A stretch of DNA of 64,000 nucleotides from contig NC_057719.1 of the NCBI RefSeq assembly GCF_004010195.1, positions 2,207,773 through 2,271,772 of the forward strand, in the 5' to 3' direction. The translations under genes were made by a program, and so were the position numbers. Positions 1 through 13,484 of this stretch are shown here, piece after piece. This DNA comes from Chiloscyllium plagiosum. Lineage: Eukaryota. Numbering within the stretch: the first letter of the stretch is position 1; every line of letters starts with the position of its first letter. The notes under the pieces are model-generated. The model was not told where the DNA came from and did not search any database. It saw nothing but the letters and a program-made list of their open reading frames with translations.

Positions 1-257
1 CCACACCGACCCTCCGAAGCACAACCCACCCAGACCCATTCCCCTACATTTACCCCTTGACCTAACACTACGGGCAATTTAGCATGGCCAATTCACCTAA
101 TTTTTGGACTGTGGGAGGAAACCGGAGCACCCGGAGGAAACCCACGCAGGCACAGGGAGAACGTGCAAACTCCACACAGTCAGTCGCTTGAAGCGGGAAT
201 CGAACCCGGGTCTCTGGCGCTGTGAGGTAGCAGTGCTAACCACTGTGCCACCGTGCC
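1..257 (-). mobile_element. HE1/V-type tRNA-derived SINE (tail end outside window)
   Basis: Reverse complement has a tRNA-like head with Pol III A and B boxes and the central GTGGGTTTCCTCCGGGTGCTCCGGTTTCCTCCCACAGTCC domain. Confidence 0.85.
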
Positions 258-626
258 TGGAATACTGCAGTGTCTAGGTTGCTGTATTTCAGACAGGGCA
301 GTAACCTGGAGCCCCATCCATCTACCCTTCCATTGACCTTCAGCTCCCACCCTTCAATGCAGCACAGATGGAATGGCCAATCACTAAACAAACAGTGACT
401 CGGCTTTCTCGCCGTGCCAGACCCATGCTCTCGGACACTTGAGTATAAAGCTAAGATTTGGCCATATTGATGTGGGAGCTCAGAGCCTCCGATTAAAACT
501 GGATCAGGACAGCTGGCCGAGTTGTCAGGCTTGTTATGACACACTTCCGGAGCAGGTGGGTCTTGACCTCAGGCCTTACGGCCCAGAGGTAGGGACATTA
601 TCGCTGTGCTGCATGAGCCTCTGAGT

Positions 627-957
627 TATTAGATTAGATTAGATTACATTACATTACATTACAGTGTGGAAACAGGCCCTTCGGCCCAACAAGTCCACAC
701 CAACCCCCCGAAGCGCAACCCACCCATACCCCTACATTTACCCCTTACCTAACACTACGGGCAATTTCCCATGGCCAATTCACCTGACCTGCACATCTTT
801 AGATTGTGGGAGGAAACCGGAGCACCCGGAGGAAACCCACGCAGACACGGGGAGAACGTGCAAACTCCACACAGTCAGTCGCCTGAGGCGGGAATTGAAC
901 CCGGGTCTCTGGCGCTGCGAGGCAGCAGTGCTAACCACTGTGCCACCGTGCCGCCCA
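627..957 (-). mobile_element. HE1/V-type SINE, full length
   Basis: A/B boxes, central domain, (TAATC)/(TAATG) tail. Confidence 0.88.
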
Positions 958-999
958 CACTTAGTCTAGTGTTTGACGATGATGTCATTTTAAAAGGTT

Positions 1000-1885
1000 A
1001 TTTTGTCCTTGGCTGTTTGCAAGAGAGGTCATGAGGCCGAGGTGCTGAAGAGTCTGGGAAGCGGCTAAGTTAACAATTGAATGGGAGTGGCAGTTCTCCC
1101 AGTTCACAGTTTTTCCAGTTTGTTTTTTTAGCTGTTGGCAGTCATAAGGTGCAGGAGTCCAGGGGAGTTGCAAACTTCAGTAAAGAACTCCTCTGACCTT
1201 CTCCTGAAATCTTTCTGGATGTTGTTCTCTCCTGCCTGCAAGAATCTGTGTTTGAATTCCTCTTTTTGCCAAGGGGTGCGTTTAAGACTTAGATTAGATT
1301 AGATTAGATTAGATTACAGTGTGGAAACAGGTCCTTCGGCCCAACAAGTCCACACCGACCCGCCGAAGCGAAACCCACCCATACCCCTACATTTACCCCT
1401 TACTTAACACTACGGGCAATTTAGCATGGCCAATTCACCTGACCCGCACATCTTTGGACTGTGGGAGGAAACCGGAGCACCCGGAGGAAACCCACGCAGA
1501 CACGGGGAGAACGTGCAAACTCCACACAGTCAGTCGCCTGAGGCGGGAATTGAACCCGGGTCTCTGGCGCTGTGAGGCAGCAGTGCTAACCATTGTGCCA
1601 CCGTGCCGCCCACAAGACGTGTTACTCTATTGAAGCAATTAATTGGTAATAGTTGCTGTATTACATCAGTTAGGTTTTCCAACAGTTCAACTATCCTGAA
1701 TTCTGTTTTCTTTTGTTTGTGCTTTAACTATAGCGTTTAAATAAATTTTGTTTTGCTTAAAGCTGAGTGGTTTGACCAGCTGCATGACACTTGGAACATC
1801 CACTTCACATCTCCCTTTAGAATAAGAAAAAGTTAAGGTCTAGGCTACCTTTGTAAAATATTTTGAGGGTGTTCGGGCCTGACGC
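1000..1885 (+). mobile_element. Degenerate LTR-like repeat interrupted by a SINE
   Basis: AATAAA near 1740 followed by a T-rich U5-like segment; termini unclear. Confidence 0.3.
1289..1611 (-). mobile_element. HE1/V-type SINE, full length, young
   Basis: Near-identical to 627-957; (TAATC)n tail; AAGAC on both flanks. Confidence 0.88.
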
Positions 1886-2432
1886 CACCATTTGCCCACA
1901 CTGTATTAATTTTCACTGAATTCCAATTCCCAAACTGCTTCTGATGGAATCCGAACAGATCATTTGAACTTTCCAAAGACTTCTCCCAGAGAACCATGTG
2001 AGCTTTTAACAAAGGGGCATCATACTGTCAAAACAAACCATTAACAAAACAGGGCGCTCAGCAGGAGGGGCAGCATCTACACAGTTAGAAAGCCGAGTCA
2101 CTGTTTGTTTAATGATTGGCCATTCCATCTGTGCTGCATTGAAGGGTGGGAGCTGAAGGACAATGAAAGTGTAGATGGATGGGGCTCCAGGTTACTGCCC
2201 TGTTTGAAATACAGCAACCTAGACACTGCAGTATTCCTTCAGTACTGCTCAGTCGGTCTGCTATAGCACCTGACTCAATGGCCATAACTCTCTCGAGGGA
2301 GAGTGTTACTGAGTCATAGTTGGTACTCGCTGTCAGTTTGTAATGTAATGTAGTAGTTTGGAGCTGCATTTGTGTCTTGCCTTCTCTCTGTATGGGAAGC
2401 AGTTTATCTTATTTCATATTTTGTCTTTTCAG

Positions 2433-2563
2433 CTGTCTGTACGGGTGGCAAGGGCAGTTCTGTGACGAGTGTATCCCGTACCCAGGATGTGTCCATGGGA
2501 CGTGTGTCGAGCCATGGCAGTGTAACTGTGAAACCAACTGGGGAGGGCTGCTGTGTAACAAAG
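2433..2563 (+). CDS. JAG2: Jagged exon 6 (end of EGF1 plus EGF2): [43 protein letters not shown]
   Basis: ttttcAG acceptor, GTatgt donor, 131 nt. Confidence 0.95.
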
Positions 2564-3046
2564 GTATGTGTGCACCAAGCAGCTTTACCTGGCCTGAGCT
2601 GTACACACTCAGGATGGAGAGGAGGAGGAGGAAGATGTTTAAGACAGCGTTTACTTGATGAACATGTCAGCTTTTCGCCCCTTCGTGTGTTTGCATACAC
2701 TCTTGTACAATATTTGTGTATGTTTTTAAGTTGACATCTATTGAACACAGGTATATTAAAAATCATTCCAGGACACTACAGTGGCTGTAAATATTACCTA
2801 GGATTAATAAATATGAGCAGACCATATAATATAGGAGCAGAAGAGGGCCATTCATCCCATCATATCCGTTCCACCATGCAATGTAATCATAGCTGATTTG
2901 ATAATCCTCAACTCCACTGCCCTGCCTTTTCCCCAAACCCTTGATTCTCTTACTGATTAAAAAGCTGTCTCTCTCAGCCCTGAATGTACTGAATGACTCA
3001 GTCACAAAAACCCTCTGTCATAAAGGACTACACAGATTCACTCCCC

Positions 3047-3461
3047 TCAGGTGACTGTCTGTGTGGAGTTTGCACATTCTCCCCGTGTCTGCATGGGTTT
3101 CCTCTGGATGCTCCGGTTTCCTCCCACAGTCCAAAGATGTGCAGATTAGGTGAATTGGCCATGTTAAATTGCCCGTAGTGCTAGGTGAAGGGGTAAATGT
3201 AAGGGAATGGGTCTGGGTGGGTTGCTCTCCACCCTTCAGGTTCTCTGCCTCTATTCCTGATGAAGGGCTTTTGCCCGAAATGTCGATTTTGCCTGTCCTC
3301 GGATGCTGCCTGAACTGCTGTGCTCTTCCAGCACCACTAATCCGGAATCTGGTTTCCAGCATCTGCAGTCATTGTTTTTACCTTTTTGCTCTTTGGAGGG
3401 TCGGCTCTTTGTTGGGCCGAAGGGCCTGTTTCCACACTAAGTAATCTAATCTAATCTAATC
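3047..3461 (+). mobile_element. HE1-type SINE (5' truncated) with a nested Penelope-like insertion at ~3229-3385
   Basis: SINE body and (TAATC)n tail are split by the insert; TTGCTCT is duplicated around it. Confidence 0.8.
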
Positions 3462-6024
3462 AGAAAAGAAATTCCTTCTCATTCTCAGCCCTAACTGGGC
3501 AACCCCTTACTCTGAGATGATGCCTTCTAGTCGTAGACCCTCCCACAAGAGGAAATTAATTTTTCGCATCTCTCCTGTCAAGTCCCCAAAGAATGTGTAT
3601 GTTTCAATGAGGTTGTCTCTCATTCCTCTAAACTCCAATGAGTACAGGCTCGATCTACTCAACCTGTCTTCATAAGACAGTCCCTCCATATCTGGTTATC
3701 AGCTTCCCTGCACTGCCTTCAATACCAGTGTATCTTTCCTTACATACGTGGCCCAGAACTCTTCACAGTATTCCAGCTGATGTCTGACCAGTGCCTTGAA
3801 CAGTTTTAGCAAGACCTCTCCTCTCTATTTTGTTATACTCCATTCCCTTAGAAATAAAGGTCAGTGTTCCATTTGCTTTCCTATTTCCTGTTAAATCACA
3901 CATGAGGACTCCCAAATCCTTCCATGTGTAGCTTTCTGCAGTCTTTCTCCACTTAAATAAAATTGTTCATAAATTCAACAGGGAACCAGAGAGAAACTTC
4001 TTTACTGTGTTGAATAGATGGGCTCATTACCACGTGAATCCTCCAGTTGAACTTAAAGGGAAGCTAGATGAACCAATTATGGAAGATAGCAAAATATTGT
4101 GAAAGCTGGAAATAGTGGGGGAAATAACTGCTCACGGGTTCAACTCTGTGTGGAGTTTACACATTCTCCCCATGTCTGTGTGGGTTTCCTTTGGGTGTTC
4201 TGGTTCCTCCCACAGTCCAAAGATGTGCAGATTAGGCTGGATTGATCATGCTAAGTTGTCCCGTAGTTTCCAGGGATGTGCAGGCTAGATGGGCTAGCCA
4301 TGGGGAATGCAGGGTTACAGGGATTTTGGGTGGGATCGTGAGATGCTCTTCAGAGGGTATGGACTCGATGGGCCAAATGGCGTGCTTCCACAATGTAGGG
4401 ATTCTATGACTCTGTTCTATGATTCTATAATTCTTTATATATAGAACTATAAAATGATTATAGTTCTATAATTATTTCTGTGTTGTAAATGTAATGTAAT
4501 ATTTATTTAATAATTATGTGCCTGGGATAAATTTACACATTAGGACCTGTATCCTTTCGGGAACTTGAATTAACCGAGGTGTGGAATTTTCAGTCCGCTA
4601 CCTAGCACCACTGATAATTCTAAAGACCAGCATGTGCTCATCAGAATCTTGCTGAAGTTCCTGTAACCTGACATTATTCTCGATGCAAATGTAACTTAAC
4701 GAATAGAATCTATACCTTTGAAGTTAGGCACAGCGAGAGTTTCACCCACCCATTTATTAGTACGTCTCGTTGAAATTCCAGTCCTGGTCTTTATCCTGTC
4801 TTTGAGAAGATTAGCCACTTGAGTTACACATATATGATTTTGCAGGTCAATGTAAAATGTTTTTTGCTAACGGTCTTGTGGCTTTGAGTGCGCAGCGGTC
4901 GGGATAATTTGTAACCTCACTTCCTCTGTTCCTGGCTCCATATCCTGTGTGAATGATTGGATACCATGATATCATAATTCTACCAGGAAATGTGGTTCCA
5001 AATGGGCTTCATGTTTTAGAATTTTTTTTCTCCCACAAATTAATTATAATCTGGAGAACTCAGTGTGCCCTGTAGCATTCTTTGGGGCACACACAATCTT
5101 TTGGGACCTTTCTTTGTTTCATGTGTCCCATATTGTAAGAGTTACCTGCAGATATTACCTGTTTCTGAAAGAATCTTGTGTAGGTATATATGCTGTCACC
5201 AATCCCTCTTTTTAGTGCTAGTTCAGGGACTGACATGTACGCTTGAAGTCTTAGAAGGACAGGTTTGTTCTTAAGTAACAAAAAGGTATATTAGATTGTA
5301 GCAAGTCAGTAGATTGTAGAACAGTAAGGAGAGAACTACCTATTACCAGAATGCATGACTCTCCCCTAGAGATACCAAGTTAACCCAAACTGCATGGTTG
5401 ATAACAGTAGAAGTAAGACTAACAGACCAGAACAGCTACATCAGTAAACTCACTAGAACTGGCAATCTCTTTCCCCAAGACAGTCATACAAAGCTTCAAA
5501 CTTTTAGGCCAGCTGTCTTATGCAAATCACCTGCCAAACTCGGACTTCCCTGTTTAATCCATCACACAAAGTAGGCATCACTTACCACTGTCCTTTCTCT
5601 TTCCAAGTCTCTGGTTTGATAACGTCACACCAGCTTGGATACATAGATGACCTTCTGCTTGAGGATAAATGTCGAACATCTTTTGCTGTGAATTGTTGCG
5701 AATGTTACATGGATCACCATGTCCAGAGGATTTAAAAAAATTTCTTCTGAATGTGTGATAAAAGAAGATTGCTGAGGTGTGAGAAGTTGTCTTCTCTTTT
5801 CAACCTTATTGCCAAGCAGATCTGGCTTTACATTTCCCAGCCTGTGACATTGTCTTTTTGGTTGATGAGTCACCCTTGTTTTTGATGCATTTTCGAACTG
5901 GAAATTATCTGCTGGGTGGAGGATAGTAAAGAGTTCTTCCAACCATGTGAAGTAAATGATGTTTTCTTTGCTGGGAGTATTAAGACAATCTCAAACTCTA
6001 ATGTAGGTGATTTGTTTTCCCCTC

Positions 6025-6830
6025 ATTCATGGGATGGGAGTGTCACTGGCTGGGCCAGTATTTAGTGTCCATCCCTAATTATCCAGAGGGAAGTTCGGTA
6101 TCAGCCACACTGCTGTGAGTCTGGAGTCACAGACCAGGTAAGGATGGCAGTTTCCTTCCCTAAAGGACATTAGTGAACCAGGTGGGTTTTTCCAACAGTC
6201 AACAATGGATTCGTGGTCATCATTAGACTCTTAATTCCAGACTTACTGAATTCAAACTCTACCATCTGTCATGTCAGGATTCCAATCCGTGTCCCCAGAA
6301 TATTACTGGCGGCTCTGGATTAATTCCTGATGAAGGGCTTATGCCTGAAATGTCAACTCTCCTGCTCCTTGGATGCTGCCTGACCTGCTGTGCTTTTCCA
6401 GCGCCACAGTTTTCAGCTCTGGATTAATAGTCTAGTGATAATACCACTAGGCCATCACCTTCCCTTTTCAATTGGTGTGTGTTTCTGCTTCAGTGCACAT
6501 TCTCTTGAGACCTGGAAAATTGTTATCTAGCTGAGATAAGATTGGTAATAGATGTTTTGTATAATGAGGGAGGCAATGATTGCTAGACTGTTAATCCAGA
6601 GACCCAGGTAATGCTCTGGGGACTTGGGTTTGAGTCCTGCCGGGATGGTTGGTGAAATTTTAATTCAATAAAAATCTGGAATTAAGAGTCCAATGATGAC
6701 TGTGAATCAATTTCTGATTGTTGGGAAAAAAAGCCATCTGGTTCACTAATGTTCTTTAGCGAAGGAAATAGCCATCCACCCTTTCCTGCCCCTGGGCAAT
6801 TAGGGACGGGCAATAAATGCAGCCCTGACC
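6025..6830. mobile_element. Head-to-head pair of a second tRNA-derived SINE family (- copy ~6025-6460, + copy ~6575-6830)
   Basis: Shared AAATCTGGAATTAAGAG...CCATCTGGTTCACTAATGTCCTTTAGGGAAGGAAA body; more copies at ~38430-38680, ~41520-41800, ~56945-57295 and ~60820-61045. Confidence 0.7.
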
Positions 6831-7989
6831 AGTGAGAAACTTGTCCTCTGAAGGAGGAAAAAAAATGTGTGGATTACTTTGCAGTTGCTTTTGGATAAGT
6901 TCTGGTCCTTCTACATCCTTTTGAAATTGGCCCACTTTTCCTACAAAAAAGACATTCTTGTGACTTTTTTCATTCATAGGATACTGGTTGAGCCATAATT
7001 TCTTACCCATTCCTAAATGTGAGCTGCTTTTTTGAACTATTTTCAGGCCTTGAGGTGTAGTTGTGAAAGAAAGAGTTCCAGGCTTTTGACCGAATGATTT
7101 TGAAGAAACGGTGGGATAAGTCCAAGTAAGGGTGGTGTTTGGCTTGGAACGGACAAGTGTCAGTGTGCGTGTGGGTTTGCTGTCCTTGCCTTTCTAGGTG
7201 CTAAGGTTTGCAGGTTTGTAAGATACTGCTGAAGGAGCTTTACTGAGTCACTTGCTGAGTGCATCTTGTAGATAGTGCACACAGCTGCCTCTGTACGTTG
7301 GAGGTGAAGGAAGTGAACGTTGACAGTGTCACTCTGGATCTCATTCAAGTGGCTGCTTTGTCCTGGAGGGTGTCATGTTTCTTGAGTGTTGTTGGAGCTG
7401 CACCCATCCAGGGCAAGTGAGAACATTCCAGCACACTCCTGATTTGTGCCTTGTAGATGGTGGACAGGTTTTGGGAAGTCAGGAGGTGAGTTACTCACCA
7501 TAGTATTCCTGACCTCTGACCTGCTTTTGTATCCAATATTTATATTGTTTGTCCACTTCGGTTATTCATCAGTTATAATCCTGAGACTGCTGACGATGGG
7601 GAATTCAGTGACTGTAATGCCAAGGGAAGATGGTTAGATTCTCTCAGATGACCATTGACTGGCAGTTACGTGGAGTGAATGTTAGTTGCCATTTGTCAGC
7701 CCAAACCTGGATGTTGCTTCAGTATTTGGGGAGTTGCGAATTGTGCTGTGATGTGCGAACAACCCCCTTTCTGACTTTATGATGGAGGGAAGGTCACGGA
7801 GCTGTAATAGAGCGATGTTTGTGTGGTTTTGCTCCATCTTGGAAGTGGCCCCTAGCATCAATAGATTTGAAGACTCTGTGCGTTGGTTTGTCGTGTGACT
7901 GATTGGAGTGTTTGTACCTTATGAGGTTGATAGGTTTGATGGTCTTCTGGAGTAAATTTGTCCTTCTGTTCCCCAGATTCTTCTGTGGT

Positions 7990-9729
7990 TTTTCCGAATC
8001 GCAGCTTCTAATACAATCTGGATAGCCTTTTCCAGTGTGAGATCCTCCTTCGCTTGTTAAAGATCTGAAAGAGATGAATCAGAAAGTCCATCGACCATTC
8101 TGTCTCTGATTAGTTCTGGTTGAAATGCGCCATGTTCACAAGATTCAGACCATGTATAAAGATCATTTGATGACATTGTTGAAAGGTTTTCCTGGAAACT
8201 GTACTCTTGTATTGAATCTTACTCTTTCCATAATGCAATTGCTTCTTAAAGTAAAATACTTGTGAAATGCATTTATGATGGCATCAAAGGTATTAGTATC
8301 GCCTTGTAACTGTTTCTCTCTGACTAACAGTGGTCCCACAGAATGAGGCAGAATATTAACTTGTTCTGCATGCAGTTTGCTGCAGAAACCTTACACACAA
8401 GCCTGTCGCTCATAAATTGTCTCTTCCATGCTGACGAACTCTATCTGAAGTATCTGTAACGTGAATGTGCATGACCATATAACAGCTGGCTCCAATTTCT
8501 GTTTACATTGCTTCCTTTAAATTCTGAAAGCATTTTTTTTAAAAAAGTATACTGTTGTCCTGCTCTATCTACAGCTTTTCTTGAAGCTTGAATTGTGGCT
8601 TTGATTCAGTTTGTCACAGAATTTCTAGCATAAGAATTATTTTTAAATTGTAGATTAATGTTAATTACTGATAAAGGAGAATGCATTTTTTAAAAAATAA
8701 AGTGTTAAATTGTAATGCGTTGTTGCTTTAATAAAGGTTTAAAGCTCCTCTCTTCAATTCTCTGAAATTTTTCTGTATTTTAAGATCTTTAAATTTTGAA
8801 GGTATTCTTTTGGTGAACTTTGAAAGTTTATTTTTTAATGGTTTGAAGACTTAAAAACTGTTTGAAGCTGTCATTTCCTTATAAATTTAAAATTTTGGTT
8901 TGAAGAAGTGAAATGGAGGATTGGTTCTATGTTACTCTGCCTGGTGGGTTTTTCCCTGACCTTATTAACACAGTGGCTGATCCACACGGTTTCTACCTCT
9001 TCCCCATCCGACTTCTGCCTTCTTTAACCTGAAGAAAGACATTGTAGAGTTGTTGTACCTTCCAAATTCTTTTGGATCTCCAATAAAAATTTAATATTAC
9101 TCAATAAGAGCTTTCTGTCTTCGGGTTTTAGGTACTAATAAAACTTGATTGATGGTTTACCTTAGCTCATAAAGATTTAACTTGGTTTGGAATCACGTTT
9201 TGCAGCTTATAATAATTTTAAATGGGGGAAACTATTTGTTTAATAAATGTACGATGGATTTAAGGCTTCTTTCAGTTTCCCAGCCCAGAGCTTTGTTGTA
9301 AATGTAAGTATTTTCACTGTTGCTCTACGAGACTGAAATTATTTCTGGATTCCAATATCAACCGCTTTTTTCTCTCTCAGATCTCACTCTAACTTTAGTG
9401 AGACTCCAGGTCTTCACAAGCTTTTAAAGAATACTGTTTTTCTCTGTTTCTAGCTGTTCGAAGATGCTGAAAGACTGAAGGAGAAGATAGACTTGCTGAT
9501 GCTAACAGCTTTATCTGCTCTGAGTTGTTGGCTGCTGTTGTTATAGAGTCTGACTTGACCTGTGCTCCTCTTTAACTTTACTGGATTCTTAACAAGGCAG
9601 CCATCTTATTAAAATGTATTTGCTTTTCCCTTCCCTTTGGATAGCTGTGTATCGTTGTACTCTAAACTGTGACACTGTGTTGTCTCAGTTGAAGAAATCC
9701 ATCATCAGTCTCCATCATTACCATGTTGT
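7990..9729 (-). mobile_element. Decayed Ty3/Gypsy LTR retrotransposon 5' part (putative LTR end/PBS, leader, gag pseudogene)
   Basis: Minus strand ~8430-7990 translates, with a frameshift and a stop, to WKRQF...QVNILPHSVGP...FHKYFTLRSNCIMERVRFNTRVQFPGK...ELIRDRMVDGLSDSSLSDL*QAKEDLTLEKAIQI. ACAACA|TGGTA at 9729-9719 resembles an LTR end followed by a PBS. Confidence 0.7.
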
Positions 9730-9891
9730 AAAGTGGTCAAATGGAACGTGTACCACTGTCAGTGTGTAGTTAGAGATGCCCATAGTTGGCACCTGACCCT
9801 GAAAATATCATTGTAGGGTAGGAATGCTGCAATCAATTTTTTTCTTGGCAGTACAAGTCTTGAGACTTAACGATGGTGACCAGGCAGAAGA

Positions 9892-10208
9892 GCGGCACGG
9901 TGGCACAGTGGTTAGCACTGCTGCCTCACAGCGCCAGAGACCCGGGTTCAATTCCCGCCTCAGGCGACTGACTGTGTGGAGTTTGCACGTTCTCCCCGTG
10001 TCTGCGTGGGTTTCCTCCGGGTGCTCCGGTTTCCTCCCACAGTCCAAAAGATGTGCAGGTCAGGTGAATTGGCCAGGCTAAACTGCCCGTAGTGTTAGGT
10101 AAGGGGTAAATGTAGGGGTATGGGTGGGTTTCGCTTCAGCGGGTCGGTGTGGACTTGTTGGGCCGAAGGGCCTGTTTCCACACTGTAATGTAATCTAATC
10201 TAATCTAA
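9892..10208 (+). mobile_element. HE1/V-type SINE, full length, young
   Basis: A box TGGCACAGTGG, B box GGTTCAATTCC, (TAATC)n tail, AAGAGC target-site duplication. Confidence 0.9.
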
Positions 10209-10269
10209 AAGAGCTAGTTCCTGGGTAACAAGCAAGGTTATTTAAATAGAAGTTAGTTAAATAGAAGTT

Positions 10270-12266
10270 AAGACCTTGTAGTGAATGAAACCATTGAGGA
10301 GCAGGTAAGCATGCTGGAACGGATAGAGGTTGAGGAAGCTGATGTGCTGAAAATTTTGACAAACATTAAGATTGACAAGTCGCCAGGGCCAGACCAGATT
10401 TGTCCTCAGCCGCTTTGGGAAGCGAGAAATGTGATTGCTTCGCCGCTTGCAAAGATCTTTGCATCCTCACTCTCCACTGGAGTCGTACCTGAGGACTGGA
10501 GGGAGGCAAATGTAATTCCTCTCTTCAAGGAAGGAAGTAGGGAAATCCCCGGCAGTTACAGACCAGTCAGTCTCACTTCTGTCATCTGCAAGGTGTGAGA
10601 AAGGATTCTGAGGGATAGGATTTATGACCATCTGGAAGAGCATGGCTTGATTAAATGAAGTCAGCACGGCTTTGTGAGAGGCAGGTCATGCCTCACAAAT
10701 CTTATCGAGTTCTTTGAGGATGTGACTAGACAAGTTGATGAGGGTTGAGCGGTGGATGTGGTGTATATGGACTTCAAAAAGGCATTTGATAAGGTTCCCC
10801 ATGGTAGGCTCATTCAGAAGGTCAGGAAGAAATTTAGCTGTCTGGATACAGAATTGGCTGACAGAATGACAGAAGACAGCGAGTGGTAGTGGAAGGAAAG
10901 TCTTCTGCCTGGAAGTCAGTGATGAGTGGTGTTCCACGGGGCTCTGTCCTTGGGCCTCTACTTGCTGTAATTTTTATTAATGACTTGGATGAGGAGATTG
11001 AAGGATGGGTCAGCAAGTTTACAGACGACACAAAGGTTGGAGGTGTCGTTAACAGTATAGAGGACTGTTGTGGGATGCAGAGATGGGCTGAGAAGTGGCA
11101 GATGGACTTCAACCTGGATAAATGCGAGGTGATGCATTTTGGAAGGTCGAATTTGAAAGCTGAGTACAGGATTAAGGATAGGATTCTTGGCAGTGTGGAG
11201 GAACAGAGGGATCTTGGTGTGCAGGTACATAGATCCCTTAAAATGGCCACCCAAGTGGACAGGGTTGTTAAGAAAGCATATGGTATCTTGGCTTTCATTA
11301 ACAGGGATATTGAGTTTAAGAGTCGTGAGATCTTATTGCAGNNNNNNNNNNNNNNNNNNNNNNNNNNNNNNNNNNNNNNNNNNNNNNNNNNNNNNNNNNN
11401 NNNNNNNNNNNNNNNNNNNNNNNNNNNNNNNNNNNNNNNNNNNNNNNNNNNNNNNNNNNNNNNNNNNNNNNNNNNNNNNNNNNNNNNNNNNNNNNNNNNN
11501 NNNNNNNNNNNNNNNNNNNNNNNNNNNNNNNNNNNNNNNNNNNNNNNNNNNNNNNNNNNNNNNNNNNNNNNNNNNNNNNNNNNNNNNNNNNNNNNNNNNN
11601 NNNNNNNNNNNNNNNNNNNNNNNNNNNNNNNNNNNNNNNNNNNNNNNNNNNNNNNNNNNNNNNNNNNNNNNNNNNNNNNNNNNNNNNNNNNNNNNNNNNN
11701 NNNNNNNNNNNNNNNNNNNNNNNNNNNNNNNNNNNNNNNNNNNNNNNNNNNNNNNNNNNNNNNNNNNNNNNNNNNNNNNNNNNNNNNNNNNNNNNNNNNN
11801 NNNNNNNNNNNNNNNNNNNNNNNNNNNNNNNNNNNNNNNNNNNNNNNNNNNNNNNNNNNNNNNNNNNNNNNNNNNNNNNNNNNNNNNNNNNNNAAAAAAA
11901 AGGAAGAGAGGGGACCTAATTGAGGTATACAAGATAATGAGAGGCATAGATAGAGTTGATAGCCAGAGACTTTTTCCCAGGGCAGAAATTGTTAACACGA
12001 GGGGTCATAGTTTTAAGCTGTTTGGCGGAAAGTATAGAGGAGATGTCAGAGGCGGGCTCTTTACGCAGAGAGTTGTGAGAGCAGCCAGCAGCAGTTGTGG
12101 AAGCAAGGTCATTGGGGATATTTAAGAGACTGCTGGACATGCATATGGTCACAGACATTTGAGGGTTGGTACATTAGGTTTACCTCACATGAGGTTCATT
12201 GGTCGGCACAACATCATGGGCTGAAGGGCCTGTTCTGTGCTGTACTGTTCTATGTTCTATGTTCTA
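10270..12266 (+). mobile_element. CR1/HER1-type LINE, 5'-truncated, reverse-transcriptase region with stops/frameshifts; spans an N gap
   Basis: KSPGPDQI, VPEDWREANVIPLFK, SGVPRGSVLGPLL, SKFTDDTK, WQMDFNLDKCEVMHFG; (TTCTATG)n tail. Confidence 0.9.
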
Positions 12267-12359
12267 AGATACAGCAGAGTAAGGAGAGAGCGATACAACA
12301 TTCAGATAGGTTAGCCTGATATCTCTTTGGACATACTTCCATCTTCTAAACTAAAACCA

Positions 12360-12860
12360 AGAACGGTGTGAACTGGAAATTTAAAACAAAAGCAGAAATT
12401 GCTGGTGAAATTTAGTGGGTCAGATAGCATCTGTGGTGTGAAAGCAGAGTTAACATTTCAGGACCATTGACCCTTCTTCAGAATTGATTAGTAGGAAAAA
12501 GTGGTACATGTTGCTGAAGATGGAGTGGTGCTGGTGGTCAAGGGTGGTAAAAGGATGAAAAGAATGGGTGGAGACAGAGTTCCAGACGGAGAGAAAGACA
12601 GAGAGACAAAGATATAGCTAATGAACAACCAGGGAGCCCACTATCAGCTCCCTATCTTTCTCTCCCTCTGGAACTCTGTCTTCACCTAATTTTTTTGTCC
12701 TTTTACCACCTCCAGTCGCCCTTTCTTCAGTAATATATACCACCTTTCCTAGCCATGATCAGTTCTGAAGAAGAGTGACTGGACCTGAAACATTATCTCT
12801 GTTCTCTCTCCACAGATGTTGCCAGACCTGCTGAGTTTCTCCAGCACTTTCAGTTTTTGC
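12360..12860. mobile_element. Penelope-like inverted (fold-back) remnant, variant B
   Basis: ~250-nt arms in inverted orientation, each with a CTGAAGA...GAAA core (- 12452-12481, + 12765-12794). Confidence 0.7.
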
Positions 12861-13484
12861 CTCATGTCTTCTAAGTTGCATGGTTATTGACTGTAAAGGC
12901 AACACTAACAGAGAGAATGATTACAGCCATTCACTAAAGCTGACTGTGTCCTCCCTAACTCGGTGAGATGGACTGTACGAACCTTTAGAGTTTACCCTGA
13001 CTGGCCAGATATCTTATACAGCAACCATATGCTATTTTTATCCAGCTGCTTGGATTTGACAATGTTTACCTGCCTGAGTAGTCTGCGCCAGGTACTTCCC
13101 ATTACTCTACATAAATGGCATCTTTCTCTGTGTGTTCAACTCCAACTCCATGCCTCCTACCTACATGTGTGGTTATCTGTTTGTACTTGATAAGCTACAG
13201 GTTATGCAAGACCTAGTGAGGTGATGTTCCAGTCTGTAAGCTGTAATAGTAACTCCCAGCCTTTTAACAGTGGGATTTAGTTGGTCAAACAACAGGTTAA
13301 AAGCGAAGCTCTGTAACATCTCTGTTTCTGGCTGGTCAGTGATTGATGATCCCAGATACCTCCGGCTAAACGACAAGCTGTCATTTGTTCACCGTTCTGG
13401 TTGGGCATCTGGTATTTCAAAATGTGCATGTGGTTTTGTGTCCCACCCTTTAACTTAAAACCATTTTGTTTTTAATTCCTGAAG

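Noticed and set aside
664..1633. Recurrent ~100-aa ORFs (MWKQALRPNKST...CGRKPEHPEETHADTG) as a gene family
   Set aside because: They are antisense translations of HE1 SINE copies.
9892..9965. tRNA gene
   Set aside because: The A/B boxes belong to a SINE head that continues into SINE body and tail.
10883..12125. Long ORFs suggesting an intact reverse transcriptase
   Set aside because: Length is inflated by N runs and the upstream part has stops and frameshifts; a dead LINE.
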